In this document: positions 7,308-15,956 of the stretch, piece by piece
How positions within the stretch are numbered: position 1 is the stretch's first letter
Layout: each line of letters begins with the position of its first letter
DNA from: Lachnospiraceae bacterium
GTDB lineage: Bacteria > Bacillota > Clostridia > Lachnospirales > Lachnospiraceae
Direction: 5' to 3'
Assembly: GCA_017438305.1 (NCBI GenBank)
Contig: JAFRVX010000114.1
Location: 2,602 to 66,601, forward strand
Length of the DNA: 64,000 nucleotides
Made by a program: the position numbers and the translations under genes
Notes under the pieces: model-generated
Told to the model about the DNA's origin: nothing
What the model saw: only the letters and a program-made list of their open reading frames with translations
Database searches by the model: none

Positions 7308-8217
7308 TATAATTTCTGAGATACTTCGTACTGATCCGGATAGCCCGCTTTACATCCTCGGGGCTTCCCTGGTAGGCTTCGTCCTCCACTTCAATGCAGG
7401 CAAAGCCTTCGTAGCGGATATCATTCAGAGCGGAAATGTATTTTCCGAAATCGACGTTTCCCAGGCCCGGGAGCTTGGCTGTCATATACTGCACGGGATA
7501 AGCCATAATGCCCATGTCGTCCAGCTTCTCTTTATACAGCTTCACGTCCTTCATATGCACATGGAAGATCCGGCCCTTAAACTCATAGATTGGTTTTATA
7601 TAGTCGATCATCTGCCAGATGAAATGGGACGGATCGTAATTCAGGCCCAGGTTTCTGGAGGGCAGGATCTCGAAGACCTGCCGCCAGATGGCCGGCGTCG
7701 ACATCAGGTTTGTGCCGCCGGGCCACTGATAGGCGCCGAAAAGCATGGGGCAGTTTTCGATGGCGATCTTCACATCGGCCTTTTCCGCGCATTCCAGGAT
7801 CGGATTCCAGACCTCCGCCACGTGCTTAAGATTTTCTTCTACAGTTTTGTTCTGATCCCTTCCGATAAAGGTGCTGACCAGGCCGACGCCCAGCTCCTTC
7901 GCTGCCAGGATCATGTTTTTCAGGTGACGGACGACGGCTGCCTGCTTTTCCGGATCCGGATTCATGGGATTCGCAAAATAGGTCAGGGCGGAAAGAACAA
8001 TGCCCCTGTCTTTGGCATAGCTTATCACGTGCTCCTTATAAGCGGCATCCTCCAGCACCCGTTCCGCGTCAACGTGGCAGACCGCGTAGCCGGATCCGGC
8101 TTCTTCCTTCGGCCAGGAACCGGCCTCGATGCATTCCAGACCCGTTTCACGGGCAAAGTCGATAAGTTCTTCAAAAGTCATGGCACCGGCTATGGTGCTT
8201 ACCAGTCCGAGTTTCAT
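7300..8217 (-). CDS. sugar phosphate isomerase/epimerase (xylose-isomerase-like TIM barrel)
   Basis: 305 aa. ELIDFARETGLECIE...HVHMKD...IEVED pattern of the AP-endonuclease-2 / TIM-barrel family. Confidence 0.7.
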   Translation of the reverse strand: MKLGLVSTIAGAMTFEELIDFARETGLECIEAGSWPKEEAGSGYAVCHVDAERVLEDAAYKEHVISYAKDRGIVLSALTYFANPMNPDPEKQAAVVRHLKNMILAAKELGVGLVSTFIGRDQNKTVEENLKHVAEVWNPILECAEKADVKIAIENCPMLFGAYQWPGGTNLMSTPAIWRQVFEILPSRNLGLNYDPSHFIWQMIDYIKPIYEFKGRIFHVHMKDVKLYKEKLDDMGIMAYPVQYMTAKLPGLGNVDFGKYISALNDIRYEGFACIEVEDEAYQGSPEDVKRAIRISTKYLRNYIL

Positions 8218-8487
8218 AGATCAAGTTCCTTTCTCGTAAAAACATTAACTTTTCGACGCTGAATAATGGGTCAGACATTCAGTGACTCAACCCTGTTCCA
8301 TTCTCCTCCGCTTTCGTCAGCCTTTGAGCCGGGCCGGAAATCATACTGAGCCTGCCCGGACTGTCCAGGATCATCCCCGGGCTTTTCCTCTCCTTGCAGA
8401 AACGTCTGACTTATGGTAAGATTATACAACATATGAGCTGTTGACCGCAAGACGGAAAACAGATGTGTCTTTCATCAGAAAAAGGAT

Positions 8488-10467
8488 GTGTCTTCCATGA
8501 GATACCAGATCAAACACGCGACAGTTAAATATGACGATACGACCATTCTCCAGGATGTCAATTTCGAGATCCGGGATTCGGAGAAGATCGCCGTTGTGGG
8601 CAGAAACGGGTGCGGGAAGACCACACTCCTGAAACTCATGACCGGAGATGTGGAAATGGCCAATCCCACCAGCGATCTGGATACCGGGATCTTCATGTCC
8701 GGAAAGCAGGAGATCGGGTATCTTAAGCAGATCAGCTTTGAGGACGGCTCCATCCCCGTGGAGGAGGAGATCAAAAAGGTCTTCGCCCCCATCTTCGAGA
8801 CCGAAAAGCGCATGCGGGAGATCGAGGAACAGCTGAAGGATCACGACCGGCAGCTCATGGGCGAATATGATTTCCTGCAGAAAAAGATGGAGGCCCTGAA
8901 CGGCTATACCTGGAAGCAGGACATGGAGATCATGTTCCAGAAGTTCGGCTTCGACCTGGAGGACCTGAAGCGGCCCATCGGCACCTTTTCCGGCGGACAG
9001 CAGACCAAGGTGGCTTTCATCAAGCTGCTCCTCTCCCGTCCGGATATCATGCTCCTGGACGAGCCCACGAACCACCTGGACCTGCCCACCATCGAATGGC
9101 TGGAAGGGTATCTTAAATCCTATGACAAGGCGGTGGTGATCGTCTCCCATGACCGGATGTTCCTGGACAATGTGGCGGACGTGACCTATGAGATCGAATA
9201 TCACCGCATCAAGCGTTATCCCGGCAATTATACCGCCTTCATGAAGCAGAAGGAGCTGGATTTCAAGAAGCAGGAAAAGGATTACGAAGAGCAGCAGAAG
9301 GAGATCGCCCGGCTGACGGAATGGATCGAAAAATGGAAAAACACGCCCTCCAAGGTGGCGGCCACCCGGTCCAAACGTATGGTCATCGAGCATATGGTGA
9401 AGATCGAAAAGCCCCAGCGCTTCGATACGAAGACCTTCAAAGCGCTGTTCACCCCGAATTTTGAAAGCTATTCCGACGTACTGGACGTAAAAAAGCTGGT
9501 CATCGGTTATGACGAGCCCCTGGCGGAGGTGACCTTCCATCTGGGCAAGCGGGAACGGCTGGCGGTCATCGGTGAAAACGGAAAGGGCAAATCCACGCTG
9601 TTAAAGACGCTGGTGGGGGAGATCCCGCCCCTGGACGGCACCGCCCGTTTCGGCGCCAACGTCCAGTTCGGCTACTACGACCAGCAGAAGGCCGTCGTTA
9701 ACGACGGGGATCCCTATGAGAGCATTCTGGACAACTTCTGGAACGCCTATCCGAATCTTCTGAGGGAAGATGTCCGGTCCGCCCTGGGCGCTTTCCAGTT
9801 TTCCGGAGAAGACGTGGAAAAAGCCATGGGCCAGCTTTCCGGGGGCGAAAAGGTACGGCTGGAACTGTGCAAGATGTTCTACGCAAAGCCCAACCTGCTG
9901 ATCCTGGACGAGCCCACCAACCATATGGACATCATGGGCAAGGAAGCCCTGGAAAACATGCTGAAGGAATACACCGGCACGGTGCTCTTCGTTTCCCATG
10001 ACCGGTATTTTATCCGCCAGATCGCCACCGGCGTCCTGGAATTCAATAAGGACGAGGTCCGTCAGTATAAAGGGACCTACGAGGAGTATCTGGAGGAAAA
10101 AGACAAACGGGAAAAAGGCCTGATCACGGATCTTTTCAGCGAAAAGAAAAAGCCCAAAGCCCCGGAACCGACGCTGGACGACGTCTTCGACAAAAAGACC
10201 TATTACAATCCCGGGAAGATCCGCTCCCGCCTGGAGACCCAGCTGGGCACCCTGGAAAGAAAGCTTGCCGAAAGTGAAGAAAAGGCCGACGACCTGAAGA
10301 TGCAGCTGGCCGATCCGGACATCGCCTCGGATTACGAGAGGCTTATGGAACTGCAGGAAAAGCTCGCCTTTGAAGAGCATCAGCAGGAAACGCTTCTGGA
10401 ACGCATGCTGGAAGCAGAGACCGAGCTCCACGAACTGGAGGAACAGATGGCGAAAAAGCCTTCCTGA
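8488..10467 (+). CDS. ABC-F family ATPase (two NBDs, C-terminal coiled-coil)
   Basis: Walker A GRNGCGKTT and GENGKGKST. Signatures LSGGQQ and LSGGEK. No membrane domain. The GTG at 8488 or the ATG at 8497 could be the start. Confidence 0.85.
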   Translation: MSSMRYQIKHATVKYDDTTILQDVNFEIRDSEKIAVVGRNGCGKTTLLKLMTGDVEMANPTSDLDTGIFMSGKQEIGYLKQISFEDGSIPVEEEIKKVFAPIFETEKRMREIEEQLKDHDRQLMGEYDFLQKKMEALNGYTWKQDMEIMFQKFGFDLEDLKRPIGTFSGGQQTKVAFIKLLLSRPDIMLLDEPTNHLDLPTIEWLEGYLKSYDKAVVIVSHDRMFLDNVADVTYEIEYHRIKRYPGNYTAFMKQKELDFKKQEKDYEEQQKEIARLTEWIEKWKNTPSKVAATRSKRMVIEHMVKIEKPQRFDTKTFKALFTPNFESYSDVLDVKKLVIGYDEPLAEVTFHLGKRERLAVIGENGKGKSTLLKTLVGEIPPLDGTARFGANVQFGYYDQQKAVVNDGDPYESILDNFWNAYPNLLREDVRSALGAFQFSGEDVEKAMGQLSGGEKVRLELCKMFYAKPNLLILDEPTNHMDIMGKEALENMLKEYTGTVLFVSHDRYFIRQIATGVLEFNKDEVRQYKGTYEEYLEEKDKREKGLITDLFSEKKKPKAPEPTLDDVFDKKTYYNPGKIRSRLETQLGTLERKLAESEEKADDLKMQLADPDIASDYERLMELQEKLAFEEHQQETLLERMLEAETELHELEEQMAKKPS

Positions 10468-10477
10468 ATTTTTTAAT

Positions 10478-10533
10478 AAGCCCCGCCGGCAAATCGTTTT
10501 TCAGTAAATGGTTTACAACCGGCGGGCTTTTTA
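10478..10533 (+). terminator. rho-independent terminator after the ABC-F gene
   Basis: AAGCCCCGCCGG ... CCGGCGGGCTT stem with a long loop, followed by TTTTT. Confidence 0.6.
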
Positions 10534-10682
10534 TTATACTGGACATAATTAATATTTATGATCCAGGGAACTTTCCGTACCTGTCATTTCCGACCGCCTC
10601 CGGAGAATCTTCCCGGGAGAACATCTGAGAGATATGTTTCGGACTTTTCCTATGGATCAGTATAAAAAAACGGAGTGTGAAA

Positions 10683-12161
10683 ATGGAAACGGAAAACAAA
10701 ACACAGCAGAAGAAGAACCTGATCTTCTACCCCATGGGCACCATCGGGCGGGATATGATCTACAGCCTGTTTACCAACTTCATCCTGCTCTTCATTCTGT
10801 ACACCAAGCAGCTCACCAAGGCTCAGCTTGGCGCGGTGACGGCCATTATGATCGCGGCCCGGGTGTTCGATGCCATCAACGATCCCATCATGGGAAATAT
10901 CATCGAACGCACCAGGACCCGCCGGGGCAAGTTCAAACCGTGGCTGCTGATCGGCGTGCTCTTAACCAGCATCGTGGTCTACCTGGCCTTTAATACCGAT
11001 CTCACGGGCTGGAATTTCATCATCTTCTTCGGCGTGATCTACTTTGCCTACAGCATCACCTATACCATGCACGACATTTCCTACTGGGGCATGGTGGCCG
11101 CCCTTTCTTCTGACGGCAACATGAGAAATACCTTTACCTCCCGGGCAACGCTTTTCGCGGGCATCGGCGGCACCCTGGCTTCCATGCTGGTCCCGATGCT
11201 GACCACCGGCTCCATGGCCCTCGGCGGCAACGCCAAGACCGCCTACGGCAGGATCGCCCTGATCATCTGCCTCCTGGCGCCGATCTTCATCCTCTTTACC
11301 GTCTTCGGCGTAAAGGAGAACCGCTCCGATCTTCAGAAGCCCGCTCCGAAGGTCAGCTTTAAAAAGATTATCAACACCATCGGCCATAACGACCAGCTGA
11401 TGTGGATGATCCTGATCTTCCTGCTGCAGCAGATCGGCAACAGCTTTGTCCTGGCCGGCGTAGGCTCCAGCTACATCTATTTCACCTACGGCTACGAAGG
11501 CGGTCTCTATTCCACCTTCTCCACCATCGGCGTTGCGGCGACGGCTTTCCTGATGATCTTCTATCCGGCCATTTCCCGGAAGTTCAGCCGGAAGCAGTTC
11601 ATGACCTATATGGTCTATATCGGCTTCTTCGGCTTCGCGCTGGAACTGATTTCGGGACTGTTCTTCTCCCACAACATGATCGGCTTCTGGATGCTGACCG
11701 TCGGCTACATGTTAAGCAATCTGGCGCTGTATGCCATGTATCTGATCATGATGATCTCCATCATCAACACGGTGGAATACAACGAATACAAAAACGGCGA
11801 ACGGGACGAAGCCATCATCACCTCCATGCGGCCCTTCCTGACCAAGATGGCCAGCGCTCTGGTGGTGGGCCTCACCTCCCTCACCTATATCATCTTCCAG
11901 ATCACGGATTTCACCAATAAGATCTCCCTGTATGAACAGCAGGCAGAGACCGGCGAGATCACTTCCGAAGCCAAAAATACCCTGATCGATACGCTCCTTA
12001 ACGGCGTAACCAATGGCCAGCGGCTGGGCATGCTCTTTGCCCTGGTACTGATCCCCATGGTCTTCATGACCATCTCCTTCATCCTCTACAAAAAGCATTA
12101 TCAGCTGGATGAGGAGGAATACGACCGGATCGTCCTGGAACTGGAAAAGCAAAAAGGCTGA
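10683..12161 (+). CDS. glycoside-pentoside-hexuronide (GPH):cation symporter
   Basis: About 12 TM segments. N-terminal YPMGTIGRDM...DAINDPIMG..ERTRTRRGKFKPW motif typical of MelB/YicJ-type GPH carriers. ATG at 10683 preceded by GGAG; the track ORF begins at GTG 10677. Confidence 0.8.
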   Translation: METENKTQQKKNLIFYPMGTIGRDMIYSLFTNFILLFILYTKQLTKAQLGAVTAIMIAARVFDAINDPIMGNIIERTRTRRGKFKPWLLIGVLLTSIVVYLAFNTDLTGWNFIIFFGVIYFAYSITYTMHDISYWGMVAALSSDGNMRNTFTSRATLFAGIGGTLASMLVPMLTTGSMALGGNAKTAYGRIALIICLLAPIFILFTVFGVKENRSDLQKPAPKVSFKKIINTIGHNDQLMWMILIFLLQQIGNSFVLAGVGSSYIYFTYGYEGGLYSTFSTIGVAATAFLMIFYPAISRKFSRKQFMTYMVYIGFFGFALELISGLFFSHNMIGFWMLTVGYMLSNLALYAMYLIMMISIINTVEYNEYKNGERDEAIITSMRPFLTKMASALVVGLTSLTYIIFQITDFTNKISLYEQQAETGEITSEAKNTLIDTLLNGVTNGQRLGMLFALVLIPMVFMTISFILYKKHYQLDEEEYDRIVLELEKQKG

Positions 12162-12192
12162 AACCAAAGAGCCTGAAGTTAAAAATGGTTAT

Positions 12193-12221
12193 ACCGCCGG
12201 CTGTGCAGCCGGCGGTTTTTC
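12193..12221 (+). terminator. rho-independent terminator after the GPH symporter gene
   Basis: ACCGCCGGCTG / CAGCCGGCGG hairpin followed by TTTTT. Confidence 0.75.
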
Positions 12222-12421
12222 TATGCTTCTCCCCTGTATTGTTCATGAACCCCGGAAGGAGAACTCCCGATTTTTTATACCTTCTCTACGGAATTTATCT
12301 TGTGATGGAAAAAAGATTTTTGTAAAATAAAAAAAAGATTACCATAGGCTGTTCAGTAATCCGCCATGTTCATAAAGGAGTATCATTACATTAAAGCAGA
12401 AGCAGGAGGTGTAAATAATCT

Positions 12422-14245
12422 TTGGAAACAGGTGAAATGCTGGATTTCTTACAGGATATCGATTCCATACAGCTGACAGATCTCTGCCGGGGAATATGTT
12501 CAAGGAGTATGATTTCCAAAGTAAAAAACGGAGAAAGAGAACTGAACTGTATCTGTTTCATTCAGATTATGAAGCGGCTGTTTGTTTCTCCGGACAGGTT
12601 TTTTGTCCTGTTGGACAGGCGTGGATATGCCTACCTGAAATGGCTTTTTGACTGCCAGCGGCTGATTGCTGCAGGAAATTATAGTGAACTGGAAAACTGC
12701 CTGTCTGCTCCGGTTCTTGAAGAGCTGTACAAGGCTTATCGGCTTGTGGTGAAGCACGATGAAGCTTTTTTCCGTTATGTTATCGAACGGGAGCTTCATC
12801 ATGATCTGGAAGCAGCCTATAGACAGATAAAAGAAGCTGTCGAATATATGCTTTTATTGGATGAGAGTGAAGCGCTTCTGCCAGGCCGTTACAGCACGGA
12901 AGAAATAAATCGTTATATGAATTACCTGGAACTGTCCGTTACTTTAGGTTACCGGTCAGCCATGACAGCAAAAGGAAGCTTTGACCAGCTTCTTCAGATG
13001 GCTTCCGTGTCTGAAAGAGATCCCCGCGAAGAAGCCCGACTGTACCCCCGGATCGTCTGCGGAACACTGTATGCCATAGGCAAAGTCTATCCGCCCGAAA
13101 TAAAGATGGGAATGATCACCCGGGCATTGGCAACACTCCGCAAAATCAGGGAATGCTTCGATATGGCACCCCTCCTTGCTCAGTTGGCAGACACAGCAGA
13201 AGAACTGAAGGCCCCGGAAACGAAACGCTGCTGCAACTGGCATAAGGCCATTACCCTATCCTATGAATTAGGTGGCATTTCTCCGGAATATAATCCTTAT
13301 GATTCCCATGATGTCAATCAGCAGCTGTATCGGATACATGAGTATCTGCTGCGGGGCCGCATGGCGGCTCAGGATAAAGCCGGCGGGAGAATGACCCAGG
13401 AGGATGCAAGCGCCGAGATCATGGAAGCAAGCAATTATTCCCGGATCGAGACGGGTTATTCCGACCCTTCAGATTACCATTTTCGCCGTCTTGCCACCCG
13501 TATGGGTCTTTCTTCCGAAAGGTATCAGGGAGAAATCACCACCCCGTACATCACGGATTTTTCTCTGGTTACGGAAGTGAGAAGGGCTATTCTTGAAGAT
13601 GATCCCGAACGTTTTGACCGGGCTTACGCGGTTCTTAATCATCATCTGGACCGCCATTATAAAGAAAACCGCCAGTTTCTCGACCAGGTCATAGTTAACA
13701 GGAGACTGTTGGCCGGCATGATCACTGAAGAAAAAGCCATTGAGGAGTGGATAGCTGCTTTAAATCATACGATTCCTTACCAGGCAGATGAAGTCCATGT
13801 TTATTCAGAGCTTGAAATAGAAACCATTTTTAAAATAGTTAGATCAAAACGCCGTCTGGGAATGATGAATGATAATGACATCAAAATACTGGAAAGCATT
13901 CTGGTCAGCGAACAATCCGTTTACAAATACATTTCATCCTGGAACCGGGTAGGGCTGGTTAAACGCCTTCTGGCAGGCATTTATCAGGTGGCGGGAAACA
14001 ATGAAAAGAGCATGGATCTTTGTTATCATTGCTTAAATGAAATGATGCAGGATCAGGATGCTTCATTATTAATTGAAATACTGGACATTCTTGCCGAAAA
14101 CATGGTCCATACATATCCTGTTAAATCAGAAAGGCTAATGCAGATCGCCTATTGGATAGGCGATCTATATCAGGAAGAAGGGAGCAAAAAAGCAATAAGT
14201 TCCCTTATCAAAAGATGCTTTTCGAAGCCAATTCAAGATTTATGA
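12422..14245 (+). CDS. large HTH transcriptional regulator with two Xre-like HTH segments plus helical repeat regions (RNPP/Rgg-like, tandem fusion)
   Basis: 607 aa with a TTG start 12 nt after AGGAGG. HTH-like LTDLCRGICSRSMISKVKNGERELN near residue 20. A second one, MTQEDASAEIMEASNYSRIETGYSDPSDYHFRRLATRMGL, near residues 324-363. Each is followed by a long alpha-helical-looking region. Confidence 0.6.
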   Translation: METGEMLDFLQDIDSIQLTDLCRGICSRSMISKVKNGERELNCICFIQIMKRLFVSPDRFFVLLDRRGYAYLKWLFDCQRLIAAGNYSELENCLSAPVLEELYKAYRLVVKHDEAFFRYVIERELHHDLEAAYRQIKEAVEYMLLLDESEALLPGRYSTEEINRYMNYLELSVTLGYRSAMTAKGSFDQLLQMASVSERDPREEARLYPRIVCGTLYAIGKVYPPEIKMGMITRALATLRKIRECFDMAPLLAQLADTAEELKAPETKRCCNWHKAITLSYELGGISPEYNPYDSHDVNQQLYRIHEYLLRGRMAAQDKAGGRMTQEDASAEIMEASNYSRIETGYSDPSDYHFRRLATRMGLSSERYQGEITTPYITDFSLVTEVRRAILEDDPERFDRAYAVLNHHLDRHYKENRQFLDQVIVNRRLLAGMITEEKAIEEWIAALNHTIPYQADEVHVYSELEIETIFKIVRSKRRLGMMNDNDIKILESILVSEQSVYKYISSWNRVGLVKRLLAGIYQVAGNNEKSMDLCYHCLNEMMQDQDASLLIEILDILAENMVHTYPVKSERLMQIAYWIGDLYQEEGSKKAISSLIKRCFSKPIQDL

Positions 14246-14410
14246 GTTTTTTCCTTTGGAAACGTCTATCTCTTCAACAATTATGATATCCGCCTGCAGT
14301 TCATCTGAAGTATTATGCAGCGGATAACTTATGATACCTGTTTTTACCGGTGAAAACAGGACTGCTGCAGAAAATATAAATGCCAGGATTCTCGTGAATA
14401 TAGCCATCAT
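14240..14410 (-). CDS. small exported peptide (56 aa), candidate signalling pro-peptide
   Basis: ATGATG start 6 nt after a perfect AAGGAGG. Sequence MMAIFTRILAFIFSAAVLFSPVKTGIISYPLHNTSDELQADIIIVEEIDVSKGKNS has a hydrophobic signal-like N-terminus and a polar/acidic C-terminus. Convergent with the regulator, and their 3' ends overlap. Confidence 0.55.
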   Translation of the reverse strand: MMAIFTRILAFIFSAAVLFSPVKTGIISYPLHNTSDELQADIIIVEEIDVSKGKNS

Positions 14411-14553
14411 TAGACGCCTCCTTACTTGTTGATAATTCAAGCGTAAGAGGTTTTCCCGAAAAGCTCCATGTCCTCACTGTCACGAGGTGTTGACTGAAAC
14501 AGCATGGACAATAGTTTTTTCATATGATAGCATTATGATGCGCGTAATAATAC

Positions 14554-14565
14554 GACTTATAAGTC
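14554..14565. promoter_or_regulatory. perfect 12-bp palindrome GACTTATAAGTC (candidate operator)
   Basis: Read directly. It lies in the divergent intergenic region between the 56-aa peptide gene and the 130-aa secreted-protein gene. Confidence 0.35.
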
Positions 14566-14663
14566 TTTAAAAGACAACTGACGAAGAGTTATACAGAGGC
14601 CGTTTTCAAAAAGAAAACAAAGATTACTCCCCTGTATCTAAATTGTCAAGAACGGAGGTATTG

Positions 14664-15056
14664 ATGAAAATTATCAGAAAAATAATCGCTGTTGCTGCTT
14701 TGATGGGTATTTTATTCGGTGTAACAGCGGCTGCAGATTCGCGTAGTTACTGGTTCCCATTCCCTTCATATGGTGTAGGCAGTATGTGCTACTCCGAACT
14801 GGTAAACCCTAAATCCACTTCAGCACCAAGTGTAAAATCCAGTGTGCAGGTCCATGGTACATGTTATTTCCTAAGCAGCAGCAGGACAGCTAGTGATCAG
14901 GATACCAACATAGTTACTATCCCCACCAACAGTCTGGCCAAATATCCATTTACCTGGACAGACAATTCTTCCTCATCCTACTACCTGATAGGTTATCCTG
15001 ATATTTATTCAGGTACATGGAGTGATTATACCGGAATAGGAACCTGGGTAAACTAA
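14664..15056 (+). CDS. small Sec-secreted protein, Ser/Thr/Tyr/Gly-rich (about 105-aa mature)
   Basis: GGAGG-5 nt-ATG. Signal peptide MKIIRKIIAVAALMGILFGVTAAA/DS. The mature part has 2 Cys and ends GTWSDYTGIGTWVN. No family recognised. Confidence 0.65.
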   Translation: MKIIRKIIAVAALMGILFGVTAAADSRSYWFPFPSYGVGSMCYSELVNPKSTSAPSVKSSVQVHGTCYFLSSSRTASDQDTNIVTIPTNSLAKYPFTWTDNSSSSYYLIGYPDIYSGTWSDYTGIGTWVN

Positions 15057-15083
15057 CCGAAGACATTCGCTGATCATACAAAG

Positions 15084-15137
15084 CTGACAGTATCGGCGGC
15101 AGAACAAGCTGCTGATACTGTCAGTAATTGTGTTTTC
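15084..15137 (+). terminator. strong hairpin / partial terminator after the secreted-protein gene
   Basis: 14-bp stem CTGACAGTATCGGC (15084-15097) / GCTGATACTGTCAG (15111-15124) with one G-T pair, followed by TAATTGTGTTTTC. Confidence 0.6.
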
Positions 15138-15185
15138 AATGGTTTTCGATAGTTTGAAGGCATTATCCTATAGAGGTCTTATTCT

Positions 15186-15956
15186 ATGTTAAGATCATTT
15201 TCAGTCCAGATAAAAAGAGCTCTGTCACCAAGACTGCTTCTGCTTTCTTTTGCTGCCGCAGCACTTCAGCTGCTGTCGGCGGCTCCCTTTATCAAAACCG
15301 ATCAGGTTTCTTCTGTCTGGTATGTCCTGTTCAACAGCCAGATGACCGGCATAAATTTCTTTACCATCTATATTCTCCCGGTAATGGTTTATGCCGTTAC
15401 GCTGGTAAAAGAATCGGAAACCCGCGCGTCGGATTATTATATCATCCGAACAGGCGTGGGGCGATACACGCTCTCTAAAATTCTGGCTTCCGCAACAGGT
15501 GGATATCTCCTGGTTTTTCTGGAATTATTGATTTGTATGACAGCGCTGAAAGCAGCCGGATTTCCATGGTATACCTTCAGATCCGATGGAACTCCCTATT
15601 CCGCAGCCATGGAGCAGGGGAAGGTCATTTATGGTTTTTTCATGTTCCTTCTGGACATGGGCTGGGGCGGGGCGGTTGTTTCCGTTTTTGGTCTGACCGT
15701 ATCGGTTTTCATTGAAAATTCACTGGCTGCTGCGGCAGCACCGCTGGCAGTGACCCTGTTTCTTTCCAGAGTCGTGGATCAGTTGAAGCTGCCTTTTGAT
15801 TTTAACCCCATGATGTGGATGAGATATGTGGATTACAGCGACCGGTTTACTGCCCTGGACGGAGTCCTGTATAAGTCAGCAGTCAGCCTGATCGTCATGA
15901 CGATACTCTCTGTTATAGGGATCAGGGGAATGAAGAGGAGGCAGGACCGTGCCTGA
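15186..15956 (+). CDS. ABC-2-type polytopic membrane protein (LanE/G-like)
   Basis: 256 aa with about 6 hydrophobic segments. Size and topology resemble lantibiotic-immunity permease subunits. No motif-level proof. Confidence 0.5.
   Translation: MLRSFSVQIKRALSPRLLLLSFAAAALQLLSAAPFIKTDQVSSVWYVLFNSQMTGINFFTIYILPVMVYAVTLVKESETRASDYYIIRTGVGRYTLSKILASATGGYLLVFLELLICMTALKAAGFPWYTFRSDGTPYSAAMEQGKVIYGFFMFLLDMGWGGAVVSVFGLTVSVFIENSLAAAAAPLAVTLFLSRVVDQLKLPFDFNPMMWMRYVDYSDRFTALDGVLYKSAVSLIVMTILSVIGIRGMKRRQDRA

Noticed and set aside
6967-8262. Long ORFs antisense to clear genes. Examples: 6967-8262, 8422-9540, 9601-10431, 34167-35111, 46270-47538, 47619-48890, 50336-51505, 62167-63441.
   Set aside because: Each lies opposite a gene with strong family motifs. 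They have low-complexity Arg/Gly/His/Asp-rich composition and no SD. They are shadow ORFs of the kind expected in GC-rich coding sequence.
8462-8528. The direct repeat GATGTGTCTT(T/C)CAT(C/G)AG x2 and a 21-codon uORF (8463-8528) overlapping the ABC-F start, considered as an antibiotic-responsive leader like those of ARE ABC-F genes.
   Set aside because: The uORF has no convincing SD and I could draw no terminator/antiterminator alternative. The ABC-F protein has an ordinary-length inter-domain linker and a long C-terminal coiled coil, which looks housekeeping (Uup/YdiF-like). The repeat is noted but not interpreted.
12223-12330. A 35-codon ORF (MLLPCIVHEPRKENSRFFIPSLRNLSCDGKKIFVK) upstream of the island-A regulator, considered as a second signalling peptide.
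   Set aside because: It starts immediately after the terminator T-tract with no SD, and it has no signal-like hydrophobic segment.
14664-15056. Assignment of the small secreted proteins (14664-15056, 25266-25688, 27938-28360) to the lactococcin-972 bacteriocin family.
   Set aside because: Only the operon architecture and general size and composition are similar. I could not find the family's conserved motif pattern by eye. I therefore use this only as an analogy.
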